Assembly (NCBI GenBank): GCA_021776095.1 | Contig: JAJFGO010000058.1 | Location: forward strand, 6,652-70,651 | DNA: 64,000 bases | Reading direction: 5' to 3' | Origin: Kiloniellaceae bacterium | Lineage (GTDB): Bacteria > Pseudomonadota > Alphaproteobacteria > Kiloniellales > J153 | Shown here: one piece after another, positions 1 through 8,414 of the stretch | How positions within the stretch are numbered: the first letter of the stretch is position 1 | Layout of the letters: the number at the start of each line of letters is the position of its first letter | Notes under the pieces: generated by a model | Database searches by the model: none | Told to the model about the DNA's origin: nothing | The model's input: only the letters and a program-made list of their open reading frames with translations | Made by a program: the position numbers and the translations under genes

Positions 1-316
1 GCACTTTTTGGTGCGGGTAGTCGCCGACGCCGACCAAGTTGATGTTGGCCTGGCCGTCGATCTGACCGCCGCCGAGAAAGAAGGCATCGATACGGCCTTG
101 GCCGGCGCAGTCGAAAAGCTCCACGCCGGTGTCCGACCAGACTTGGCTTTCGCGGCTTCCCAAGATCGACACCCGCATGTCCCCACCGGCGAGCGCCTGG
201 GCCAGCAAAGCGGCTGAGCCGGGAATCGGCGAGGCCGTGCCGACCGCGACGTGCCGGATTCCTTCGAGAAGCCGCGCGACGGTCACGATAAGGAGCTCTT
301 CGGGCGCGTAGTCCAC
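1..316 (-). CDS. CoA-transferase subunit B, N-terminal part (gene runs off the left edge)
   Basis: Absent from the ORF track because it has no in-window stop. Reading the minus strand from GTG at 316, 7 nt after the TAA of the subunit A gene, gives VDYAPEELLIVTVARLLEGIRHVAVGTASPIPGSAALLAQALAGGDMRVSILGS...IDAFFLGGGQIDGQANINLVGVG. This resembles N-termini of family I (glutaconate/3-oxoacid type) CoA-transferase beta subunits. It lies directly behind a subunit A gene. Confidence 0.6.
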   Translation of the reverse strand, partial: MDYAPEELLIVTVARLLEGIRHVAVGTASPIPGSAALLAQALAGGDMRVSILGSRESQVWSDTGVELFDCAGQGRIDAFFLGGGQIDGQANINLVGVGDYPHQKV

Positions 317-323
317 GATTGGC

Positions 324-1154
324 TTATTCCGCTGCAACGCCGACCCGGCGGACATGGCGGTCCAGATAGTCCACCATGCCGCCTTCGGTGGCGGCGAGGC
401 GCATGTACTCCGCGAAATGCTCGCTGTCTTCCCGGTAGTGGCCGGTCAGGCCCAAGGGCCAGGCGCCGCGCGCCGCCTGGGCGACCGCCGTAATGTAAAT
501 CGATGGTATGGTCGCGGGCCCGTACACCGGATCATCGAGCAGGTTGTCTTCGCGGACCTCCTCGACCGTGGCCAGGGTTTCCTTCGACGCGTGGGCCAGC
601 AGCATCAGCGGTTTGTGCCGGCCGACCCAGACATTGCCGTGACGGTCGGCGAGCGGTGTGTGGAACAGCGCCACGTCCGGCTGAATCGCGCGCACCGCCA
701 TAATCGGGTCGTCGTCGGCGAAGGGATTGGACATGATCGTATAGTCATCCCGGTAGGCGGCCAGGTCCGAGCCGATCAAGCCCCGCATGGGCATGAAGGG
801 GATGCCTTTTTCCGCCGCCTGCAAGCCGGCATAAACGGCGGGGCAGGTGGAATCTTTCAGCTTTATCCGCCCCTCGCGCACGAAGCGGCCGAAACAGGGC
901 GCCTGCCCGTACTCGCCCATGGTGATCCCCGACCCCTCGACCGTCTCGACGCAACCCGCGCCGATCAGGAGGTCCGCCTGCAGGCCGCTGGTTGGGACGA
1001 CGATCAGGTGAAGGTTCTGTGCCTTTCGGCGGATCAAGGCCCGGGTCGCCGCCATGGCGCCCGCGCAATCCGTCTTTGGGATTGCCAGTTTGGCGCCGTT
1101 CGGAATGCGCCGAACGAGGTCGTCGAGGTCTGAACCTATGATTTGGCTGGTCAC
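324..1154 (-). CDS. CoA-transferase subunit A (glutaconate CoA-transferase GctA-like)
   Basis: 276-aa ORF (MTSQIIGSDLDDLVRRIPNGAKLAIPKTDC...). Its length and overall sequence are as I recognise for CoA-transferase alpha subunits. The plus-strand ORFs overlapping it are Arg/Gly-rich antisense artefacts. Confidence 0.7.
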   Translation of the reverse strand: MTSQIIGSDLDDLVRRIPNGAKLAIPKTDCAGAMAATRALIRRKAQNLHLIVVPTSGLQADLLIGAGCVETVEGSGITMGEYGQAPCFGRFVREGRIKLKDSTCPAVYAGLQAAEKGIPFMPMRGLIGSDLAAYRDDYTIMSNPFADDDPIMAVRAIQPDVALFHTPLADRHGNVWVGRHKPLMLLAHASKETLATVEEVREDNLLDDPVYGPATIPSIYITAVAQAARGAWPLGLTGHYREDSEHFAEYMRLAATEGGMVDYLDRHVRRVGVAAE

Positions 1155-1281
1155 CTAAGCGGCTCCACAAAAGCACTTTTCCCGGTATCCTAGGCGCCGA
1201 CAGGCCCCCCAGGCAACGGGCGCTGGAGCGCATGCGGAGGCCAGCCGCTTGCTTTCCCGGGCCGGCGCCCTCGCCGCCGCT

Positions 1282-2136
1282 TTAGGTTGACCGGATGCCG
1301 CGCAGGCGCTCCGAACGGCGGCGCAAGAGCTCCAGCGTCGTCAGCAAGAGGATGCTGATGGCAACCAAGATGGTCGCGACGGCCAGAATGGTCGGCGAAA
1401 TCTGTTCGCGCAGGCCGGTGAACATTTGCCATGGCAGGGTCTTTTGACCGGCCGAGCCCAGGAACAGCACCACGACCACTTCGTCGAACGAGGTGATGAA
1501 GGCGAACAAGGCACCGGATATCACCCCCGGCACGATCAAGGGCAGTTGCACCTTGAAGAAGGTCGTGACCGGATCCGCGCCCATATTGGCCGCCGCGCGC
1601 ACTAGGCTCTTGTCGAAGCCGACCAGGGTCGCGGTCACCGTGATAATCACGAAGGGCGTTCCCAGCGCCGCATGGGCCAAAACCACCCCCAAATAGGTGC
1701 CTTGCAGGCCGATCCGCGAATAAAAGAAATACATGCCGGCCGCGGATATGATCAGCGGCACGATCATCGGCGAGATCAGGATCGCCATGATCGCCGAACG
1801 GAACGGCACATGGCTTTGCGACAGCCCGATGGCTGCGAGGGTTCCGATACTCGTGGCCAGCAGGGTCGCGACCGGCGCGATGGTCACGGAATTCTTCAGC
1901 GCATTGTTCCAGTCGGGATTGGTGAAGAAATCCGCGTAGTTTTTTAGGCTGTATCCGGCCGGATCGAAGCTAAGCATCTCCGGCGTGAAGGTAAAGAACG
2001 GTAGGGAGTTGAAACTCAACGGCACGATCACGATGATCGGAAAGATGAGAAAGAAGAATATCAGACCGCAAATTATCCTGAAGGTGTAATGCCAGGTGCG
2101 TTGCGCGGTTGAGGTATAGGGGGGTAATGCGGCCAT
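1282..2136 (-). CDS. ABC transporter permease (PotC/PotI-like)
   Basis: 284 aa with multiple hydrophobic spans. EAA-loop-like segment SLVRAAANMGADPVTTFFKVQLPLIVPG. The ATG is 6 nt after the stop of the preceding permease gene. Confidence 0.85.
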   Translation of the reverse strand: MAALPPYTSTAQRTWHYTFRIICGLIFFFLIFPIIVIVPLSFNSLPFFTFTPEMLSFDPAGYSLKNYADFFTNPDWNNALKNSVTIAPVATLLATSIGTLAAIGLSQSHVPFRSAIMAILISPMIVPLIISAAGMYFFYSRIGLQGTYLGVVLAHAALGTPFVIITVTATLVGFDKSLVRAAANMGADPVTTFFKVQLPLIVPGVISGALFAFITSFDEVVVVLFLGSAGQKTLPWQMFTGLREQISPTILAVATILVAISILLLTTLELLRRRSERLRGIRST

Positions 2137-2142
2137 GATCTG

Positions 2143-3405
2143 CTACCCAAGCTTCACGTTGTCGATGCCGACAATCTTGTCGTAAACGTAGAAAAGCGCG
2201 ATCACCATGACCAGCAACATAACGCCGAGCGCCGCAGCCAAGCCCCAGTTCAAGGAGCTGGATATGTGATAGGCGATCCGGTTCGAGATGAAGATACCTG
2301 AGGTGCCGCCGACCAACTCCGGTGTGATGTAGAAACCGATGGACAGGATAAATGCCAGAATCGAACCGGCGCCGATGCCCGGTATGGTCTGCGGGAAATA
2401 GACCCGCCAGAACGCCGTCCAGTCGTTTGCGCCCATGCTTTTGGCCGCGCGCACATAAGTCGGCGATATGGTCTTCATGACCGAAAACAAGGGTAGGATC
2501 ATGAAGGGCAGAAGAATGTGAGTCATGGCGATGATCGTGCCGGTCTGATTATTGATCATCACCAACCTGCCCGCGTCGTTCACCAGGCCGACCCAAACCA
2601 AAATATCGTTGATCACCCCTTGTTGCTGCAGCAGGACTTTCCAAGCGGAGGTTCGCACCAAGAGAGATGTCCAGAACGGCAGCAGGACCAGGATCATCAG
2701 TATATTGGACGTCTTGACCGGCAAATTGGCCAAGAGAAACGCGATCGGATAGCCGAGCAAGAGGCACGAGAGCATTATGCTCACGCTCAGAAATATGGTT
2801 CGTTGAAACAGGAACAAATAAATCCGTTCGTCCTCAGGTTTGAAACTGACGCCCCCGGCAGTGCTTTCGGCGTCAAGCGCATTTAGAAAATACCCGCCGG
2901 TATAACGTGGACCGAACTGCTTTATCGTCCGCCAATACTCGATGTCGCCCCATTTCTTATCGACCTTGATGAACTGTTCCTTGAAGTTTTCGTCCTTCAT
3001 TTTTTTGACGCGGCGGCCGGTTTTACGAAACATGCTGGACGCACCCGAAATCTCGTAGTTCAAGCGGGAGCCCAAGCGTGTATGGGTCTTCTCCTTGGTC
3101 GCTTCCAGCAGGTCGACATGTAGGGCCGCGAAGGTTGCCTCGCCCGGCGTTTCGCCTGACGCAGGATCCCAATCGGCAAGCGATTCTATGGTATGCGGAA
3201 TGGTATCGCGAACGATCCCGTTCTCTACCGACCGCCAAAGCATGTCGCCAATCGGAAGAACGAAGGTGATCAGAATGAAAACCAGGAGCGGCGCGATGAG
3301 CAAGAACGCGCGCAGCTTTTCCCGGCGCAGCGCCTTGGCCAAGCTTGTCTTGAGCGGCACGCCATCTTGAGTGAGTACCGGCCCGTTGCTAGTTGCTTCA
3401 CTCAT
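2143..3405 (-). CDS. ABC transporter permease (PotB/PotH-like, long N-terminal extension)
   Basis: 420 aa. EAA-loop-like TYVRAAKSMGANDWTAFWRVYFPQTIPG. Polytopic. Lies in an operon with the SBP and ATPase. Confidence 0.85.
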   Translation of the reverse strand: MSEATSNGPVLTQDGVPLKTSLAKALRREKLRAFLLIAPLLVFILITFVLPIGDMLWRSVENGIVRDTIPHTIESLADWDPASGETPGEATFAALHVDLLEATKEKTHTRLGSRLNYEISGASSMFRKTGRRVKKMKDENFKEQFIKVDKKWGDIEYWRTIKQFGPRYTGGYFLNALDAESTAGGVSFKPEDERIYLFLFQRTIFLSVSIMLSCLLLGYPIAFLLANLPVKTSNILMILVLLPFWTSLLVRTSAWKVLLQQQGVINDILVWVGLVNDAGRLVMINNQTGTIIAMTHILLPFMILPLFSVMKTISPTYVRAAKSMGANDWTAFWRVYFPQTIPGIGAGSILAFILSIGFYITPELVGGTSGIFISNRIAYHISSSLNWGLAAALGVMLLVMVIALFYVYDKIVGIDNVKLG

Positions 3406-3439
3406 TAGTCATGGTCTTTCGCGGATGATGCGTCGGTGA

Positions 3440-3467
3440 GGAGCAGGGCGCCGGAGCGCCCCGCTCC
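3440..3467 (-). other. Intercistronic stem-loop downstream of the SBP gene
   Basis: GGAGCAGGGCGC / GCGCCCCGCTCC arms (12 bp, 1 mismatch) around a 4-nt loop. It sits in the 81-nt gap between the SBP and permease genes. Confidence 0.3.
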
Positions 3468-3486
3468 ATACCGTTCAATCGGGCTG

Positions 3487-4578
3487 CTATTTCGCCAACC
3501 AGGCCTGGAATTTTCCATCCAGATCGTCACGGTTGTCGGCCCACCATTCGTAATTGTAGAGGAAGGTGTTCTTGGCATTTTCGGGATCGGTCGGCATATG
3601 CGGCGCCATTTCGATCCCAAGCTCCGCATGCTTCCCAACCAAGGGCGCGGAGGATTTGCGGGCCGGCCCATAGGAAATGTACTTAGCCTGATCCGCTAGA
3701 CGCTGGGTGTCTGTCGCGAACATGATGTAGTCCTTGGCCCGGGCCAGACGTTCCGGCGACAGACCCTTCGGGATGATCCAACCGTCGAGGTCGAAGACTT
3801 GGGCGTCCCAAAGCATCGCAACGGGCTGCTTCTGCTCTTCGATCAGCGCGAACAGACGGCCGTTGTAGGTGGAACCCATGACCACTTCGCCGTCGGCCAG
3901 AAGCTGCGGGGTTTCCGATCCCGACGACCACCAGACGACCTGATCCTTGATGGTGCCCAACTTGGCCAGGGCCTGGTCAACCCCCGCTGGTGTGGACAGA
4001 ACGTCATAGACCTGGTCCTTCGGAACGCCATCGCAGAGCAAGGCCCACTCGACGTTGTTGATCGCGCGCTTTTCGAGCGCGCGCTTGCCCGGATATTTCT
4101 GCAGATCGAAAACCGCGCAAATGTCGGTCGGCGGCGTGCTGACCTTGTCAGTGCGGTACCCGAATGTGGTGGAATAAACGATCTGCGGAATGAAGCATTC
4201 CGATACCAGTAATTCGCCGAAATCGTCCGCCGCCGAGGTGCCGTCGGGCGCCTTGGCAAGTTCGGTATCCGGGTTGATGACTTCAGCCAGGCCTTCGTCG
4301 CACAGCCGCATGGCGTCGGCCGCGACCACATCGACCACATCCCAGGTCACGTTACCGGCCTCGTTCATGGCGCGGAGCTTTGCCACCGCCTCCGCCGAGG
4401 ATTCGTCGTTAATGATTTTCACGCCCGGGTTTTTCGCCATGTATGGCTTGTGATAGGCGTTGTTCTGAGAGGCGGAATAGGCGCCGCCCCATGATACGAT
4501 GGTCATGTCGTCTGCAATCGCCGCGGACGACGCGAACGCCACCCCAACGGTTGCAAGTAGCAAGTTTTTCATTTTCAT
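3487..4578 (-). CDS. ABC transporter periplasmic substrate-binding protein (PotD/PotF-type fold)
   Basis: 363 aa. Sec signal peptide MKMKNLLLATVGVAFASSAAIA. IVSWGGAY start typical of family-1 extracellular solute-binding proteins. Confidence 0.85.
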   Translation of the reverse strand: MKMKNLLLATVGVAFASSAAIADDMTIVSWGGAYSASQNNAYHKPYMAKNPGVKIINDESSAEAVAKLRAMNEAGNVTWDVVDVVAADAMRLCDEGLAEVINPDTELAKAPDGTSAADDFGELLVSECFIPQIVYSTTFGYRTDKVSTPPTDICAVFDLQKYPGKRALEKRAINNVEWALLCDGVPKDQVYDVLSTPAGVDQALAKLGTIKDQVVWWSSGSETPQLLADGEVVMGSTYNGRLFALIEEQKQPVAMLWDAQVFDLDGWIIPKGLSPERLARAKDYIMFATDTQRLADQAKYISYGPARKSSAPLVGKHAELGIEMAPHMPTDPENAKNTFLYNYEWWADNRDDLDGKFQAWLAK

Positions 4579-4685
4579 CGACTCACTCCCTGTATTTTCT
4601 AGGACCTGAGGAATCTCTCAAGGTTTTGGATGCGCGCCCGGTTTCATGTTGGCAAAAGGTCGGGCGCGAGTTTCGTGATTCGTGA

Positions 4686-5780
4686 CTAGGATACCAAATC
4701 AAGCGCCTTGCAGTCGCTTGCGGACCAGCCCAACTTGGCAACTTCGCCTTCGGCGAAGATGCGCCTATCACCGCGATTTCTAACTTTCGCGATGAACCCA
4801 CTGTTGCCGGCCACATTCATGCGGACACGAATGTGGTCGCCCAGATAAATCAACTCCTCGATCTTGCCTTCCAACATATTGTCCATCTCCACCGCGGGAT
4901 CCAGCTCTACCCGTTCCGGCCGGAGCGATATGGTGGTTCCGTCGCCTACCGCGTCCACATTCATCTTGTCGGCCCTTAATATCGTGCCGTCTGTGATCTT
5001 CACGGTGCAAACGTCGTTGGAAATTTCGATCACTTCCCCGTTCAGCTTATTGTTCTCGCCGATGAACTGCGCGACGAAGGAATTTTGCGGATCTTCATAC
5101 AGGTGGTCCGGGCTGGACAGCTGTTGAATCACGCCGTCGTTGAACACCGCCACCCGGTCCGACATGGTCAGGGCTTCGGTCTGATCATGGGTGACGTAGA
5201 CGATCGTGACGCCCAAGTTTTCGTGAATGTGCTTGATCTCGTACTGCATCTGCTCGCGCAGCTGCTTGTCCAGCGCGCCGAGCGGCTCGTCCATCAAGAC
5301 TAAATCGGGTTCGAACACGAGCGCGCGCGCGACCGCGACGCGCTGCTGCTGCCCGCCCGACAATTGCGCCGGGCGCCGGGAGCCGAAATCGCCCAACTCC
5401 ACCATGTCCAGGGCGCGCTGGACTTTCGTTTCGACCTCGGCCTTGGCAACCTTGCGAACCTGAAGCGGAAACGCCAGATTCTCCGCCACCGTCATGTGCG
5501 GAAACAGGGCATAGTTCTGGAACACCATGCCGATGCCGCGCTTGTGCGGCGGCACATTGTTAATTGACATGTCGCCCAGGTATATTTCACCGTTGGTGGC
5601 CGGCTCGAAACCCGCCAACATCATCAGGCAGGTTGTCTTGCCGGAGCCCGAGGGGCCCAACATGGTCAGGAATTCGCCCTTGGCGATATCCAGGTTTAGG
5701 TCTTTGACGACGAGGGTTTCGCCATCATAGCTCTTTTGTACCTTGCTAAAGCGTACAAAAGCGTCATCCGTCGCTGGCAT
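4686..5780 (-). CDS. ABC transporter ATP-binding protein (PotA-like)
   Basis: Walker A GPSGSGKTT. Signature LSGGQQQRVAVARAL. Walker B LVLMDEPLGALD. C-terminal TOBE-like regulatory domain. Confidence 0.9.
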   Translation of the reverse strand: MPATDDAFVRFSKVQKSYDGETLVVKDLNLDIAKGEFLTMLGPSGSGKTTCLMMLAGFEPATNGEIYLGDMSINNVPPHKRGIGMVFQNYALFPHMTVAENLAFPLQVRKVAKAEVETKVQRALDMVELGDFGSRRPAQLSGGQQQRVAVARALVFEPDLVLMDEPLGALDKQLREQMQYEIKHIHENLGVTIVYVTHDQTEALTMSDRVAVFNDGVIQQLSSPDHLYEDPQNSFVAQFIGENNKLNGEVIEISNDVCTVKITDGTILRADKMNVDAVGDGTTISLRPERVELDPAVEMDNMLEGKIEELIYLGDHIRVRMNVAGNSGFIAKVRNRGDRRIFAEGEVAKLGWSASDCKALDLVS

Positions 5781-5977
5781 TGATTTCTTCGACCACCCTG
5801 TAAGTCTCAGTTATTTGTATCGGACCCCCCGGTAATTCCGGCCTGATCCCGAGAGGTCCAGCCGTTAAAGCCAACCAGTTCCTCCCTCCTCTATCCAATA
5901 GTGTCTACTTAGTTAGGTCAATAAAAGGTTCGCCTTCTAACGTTAAAATGACCGATTTTGTGCGATATTCCAATAAT

Positions 5978-7222
5978 TCAATGGCTTACCCCTAGGATGT
6001 TGTGCTCGGGGCCAAATGGAAATTCGGTAATATTCTCCGCGCCCTCTTCGGTTACCACCAAGATATCGTGTTCCCGGTAGCCCCCGGCGCCCGCTATGCC
6101 TTCCGGCACCGTGATCATCGGTTCCATGGAAACGACCATGTTGGGCTGCAAGACGGTCTCCACGTCCTCCCGCAATTCCACGCCTGCTTCCCGGCCGTAG
6201 TAGTGCGACAGCACGCCGAAGGAATGGCCATAGCCGAAGGACCGGAATTGCAGGAGATCGTGCCGCCGGTAGATCTCGTTCAGCTCCTTGGCGATATCGC
6301 AGCATTTTGCACCCGGCTGGATCAGCTTAAGGCCCGCGCGGTGTACCTCGCAGTTGATCTGCCAGAGGCGCAGATGTTCCTCGGAGGCATGCTCGCAAAA
6401 CAAGGTGCGCTCCAAGGCGGTGTAGTAGCCGAAAATCATCGGAAAACAGTTGAGGGAGAGGATATCGCCGGCCTCAACCTTCTTGTTGGTGACCGGATTG
6501 TGGGCGCCGTCCGTGTTGAGCCCCGATTGAAACCAGGTCCAAGTGTCCATCAACTCGACCTGGGGATAGCTGCGGGCGATCTCGCGGATCATGGCTTGGG
6601 TCGAGGCCATGGCGACCTCTTCCTCGCCCACGCCCGGCGCGACGGCCTTGGCGCAGGCGGCGCCGCCCAGGTCCGCGATGCGTGCGCCGTCCCGGATTAG
6701 CTTGATCTCCTCGTCCGATTTGATCGCGCGCATCCACATGGACGCCTGGGCGACATCGACAAACTCGGCGTCTGGAAAGGCGTCCTGCAACAGCCGGAAA
6801 TAGTCGAGACTGACATGATCGTGTTCGATCCCGATCCGCCTGGTTTTAGCCGCAAGGCCCTGTAACGCGAAAAAGAAATTGTCCCGCCGCCAGTCGGTGT
6901 AGGTTACGTTCTCGCCGTGGGTACGCCGCCAGGGCTGACCGCCGTCGATACCTGCCGACACCGTGGTTGCCGTGTTGTGATCGATCACGCAGGCATATTT
7001 GCGCCCAAAATAGCAGTACAAAAATCCCGAATAATAGTTGATGCCATGCAGGCTGGTCAGGATGCACAGTTCGATGTCGTTGGCGGCCATGTGGGCGCGC
7101 AACTCGTTTTGCCGCCGGTCCATCTCGGCGCCGGAAAACGGCGAATAAACCTTATCGCCATTGCGCCATTCCACGGTCCGGTGCATGCCGGTCTGTGGAT
7201 CGACAATGCCGTTCGACAGCAT
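5978..7222 (-). CDS. Creatinase (creatine amidinohydrolase, M24 fold)
   Basis: 414 aa. Long blocks match the Pseudomonas putida creatinase sequence as I remember it: GIDGGQPWRR, MDTWTWFQSGLNTDGAHNPVT, GDILSLNCFPMIFGYYTALERTLF, FGYGHSFGVLSHYYGREAGVELRED, MVVSMEPMI..PEG..GAGGYREHDILV, GAENITEFPFGPE. Confidence 0.85.
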   Translation of the reverse strand: MLSNGIVDPQTGMHRTVEWRNGDKVYSPFSGAEMDRRQNELRAHMAANDIELCILTSLHGINYYSGFLYCYFGRKYACVIDHNTATTVSAGIDGGQPWRRTHGENVTYTDWRRDNFFFALQGLAAKTRRIGIEHDHVSLDYFRLLQDAFPDAEFVDVAQASMWMRAIKSDEEIKLIRDGARIADLGGAACAKAVAPGVGEEEVAMASTQAMIREIARSYPQVELMDTWTWFQSGLNTDGAHNPVTNKKVEAGDILSLNCFPMIFGYYTALERTLFCEHASEEHLRLWQINCEVHRAGLKLIQPGAKCCDIAKELNEIYRRHDLLQFRSFGYGHSFGVLSHYYGREAGVELREDVETVLQPNMVVSMEPMITVPEGIAGAGGYREHDILVVTEEGAENITEFPFGPEHNILGVSH

Positions 7223-7398
7223 TTATTGTGCTCCGACCTACCCTGCTGACTGTAGAATTTCCACGCTTGGGCGTTTAATCCGCGCAATCCCGCGACCGCC
7301 ATTGTCCTGTTTGCGACGACTCACAAAAAACCATGCCAAGGGCAGCGCAAAGGCGCAGAGCCGGCGGTGGCGAGGCGGTGTGGATAGGGTCATAGTTC

Positions 7399-8337
7399 AT
7401 GCTCCTTACACTGGATCCAATGGACGCCTTGGCGCAATTCGGCATGAAATACTGGACCTACCTGGCGGCCCATTGGCGGGGACGGCAGAGTCTAGCTTGG
7501 TCGTTTTGGATCAATCTGGTTCTCCTGCGGGCGCTTATCCTCTTGGCGCAGGACGGACTGAGCCCGGATGAGGGCAGCGATTACAGCACCCAAGGCCCGC
7601 TCGTGCTGGGGCTGAGCTTCGGGATTCACGGGATCGTCTTCCTCTGGCAGGTCGTGGGGGTCCTGCGCGCCGCGGAGGCCCATATCCGGGCCAAAGGCGC
7701 CATGGCGAATGTCTGGGGCGCGCAGTTGGGCGCACTGATTGCCTTCTGGTTGACCGCCTCCTACGCCTTCGACAGCTGGCAGATGACCCTGCCGGCCCCG
7801 GGCGAAGACAACTTCCTCGCCCGCATGGACCGCGAACATGCCAGTAAATACCGGCTCGATGTCGCCACGGACGGCCGCACGCTGTCGATCGCGGGCACCA
7901 TCGAACTGGGAATTACCCGGAATCTGACCGCGCGGCTCGACCAATTTCCGGAGATCCGGATCATCGCCCTTAATAGCAGTGGCGGGAATATTTACGAAGC
8001 CCGCGGCCTATCGAAGCTGATCCGCGACAGACGGCTCGACACCCGGGTCGAGGACCTCTGCATCTCGGCCTGCACGACCGTTTTCATCGGCGGGCAACGC
8101 CGGTCCTTGAAACGCGGCGCTCGTCTCGGTTTTCACCAATACTGGATAGACGCCGACTATAATGTTTTGACCGCCGATCCTGTCGCCGAACAGGATCGCG
8201 ATCGCGCGCTCTATGCGGCGCGCCATGTGGAACCCTGGTTCCAAGCCAAGATGTTCGAACGCGGCGCCGACGATATGTGGTTCCCCTCCTTTGAGGACCT
8301 GGTGCGGGCCGGCGTTGTCACCGAGGTCTTGAATTGA
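7399..8337 (+). CDS. Membrane protein with C-terminal ClpP/periplasmic-serine-protease-like domain (COG3904-like), function unknown
   Basis: 312 aa. The N-terminal half has about 3-4 hydrophobic spans. The C-terminal half (LNSSGGNIYEARGLSKLIRDRRLDTRVEDLCISACTTVFIGGQRRSL) resembles predicted periplasmic ClpP-fold proteins. A hairpin terminator follows. Confidence 0.5.
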   Translation: MLLTLDPMDALAQFGMKYWTYLAAHWRGRQSLAWSFWINLVLLRALILLAQDGLSPDEGSDYSTQGPLVLGLSFGIHGIVFLWQVVGVLRAAEAHIRAKGAMANVWGAQLGALIAFWLTASYAFDSWQMTLPAPGEDNFLARMDREHASKYRLDVATDGRTLSIAGTIELGITRNLTARLDQFPEIRIIALNSSGGNIYEARGLSKLIRDRRLDTRVEDLCISACTTVFIGGQRRSLKRGARLGFHQYWIDADYNVLTADPVAEQDRDRALYAARHVEPWFQAKMFERGADDMWFPSFEDLVRAGVVTEVLN

Positions 8338-8371
8338 GGCCCGGCTTCGCTGTCCGGGGCGCCGCCGGGCA

Positions 8372-8400
8372 AAACCCGCTTGAGCCGGTGAAGCGGGTTT
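8372..8400 (+). terminator. Rho-independent-type terminator hairpin
   Basis: AAACCCGCTT-GAGCCGGTG-AAGCGGGTTT: a perfect 10-bp stem and 9-nt loop, A-tract before and TTT after. It lies 35 nt after the stop of the 7399-8337 gene. Confidence 0.6.
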
Positions 8401-8414
8401 CGTAGCGTCCTCCC

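Noticed and set aside
5781-5977. Possible guanidine (ykkC-type) riboswitch, given creatinase/guanidino chemistry and CTAGGGG / GGTCCGA strings
   Set aside because: The two strings are about 170 nt apart and one overlaps the creatinase stop. The conserved ykkC core (ACGR, GGGA bulges, terminal helix) cannot be assembled. It is kept only as an AT-rich spacer with a possible promoter.
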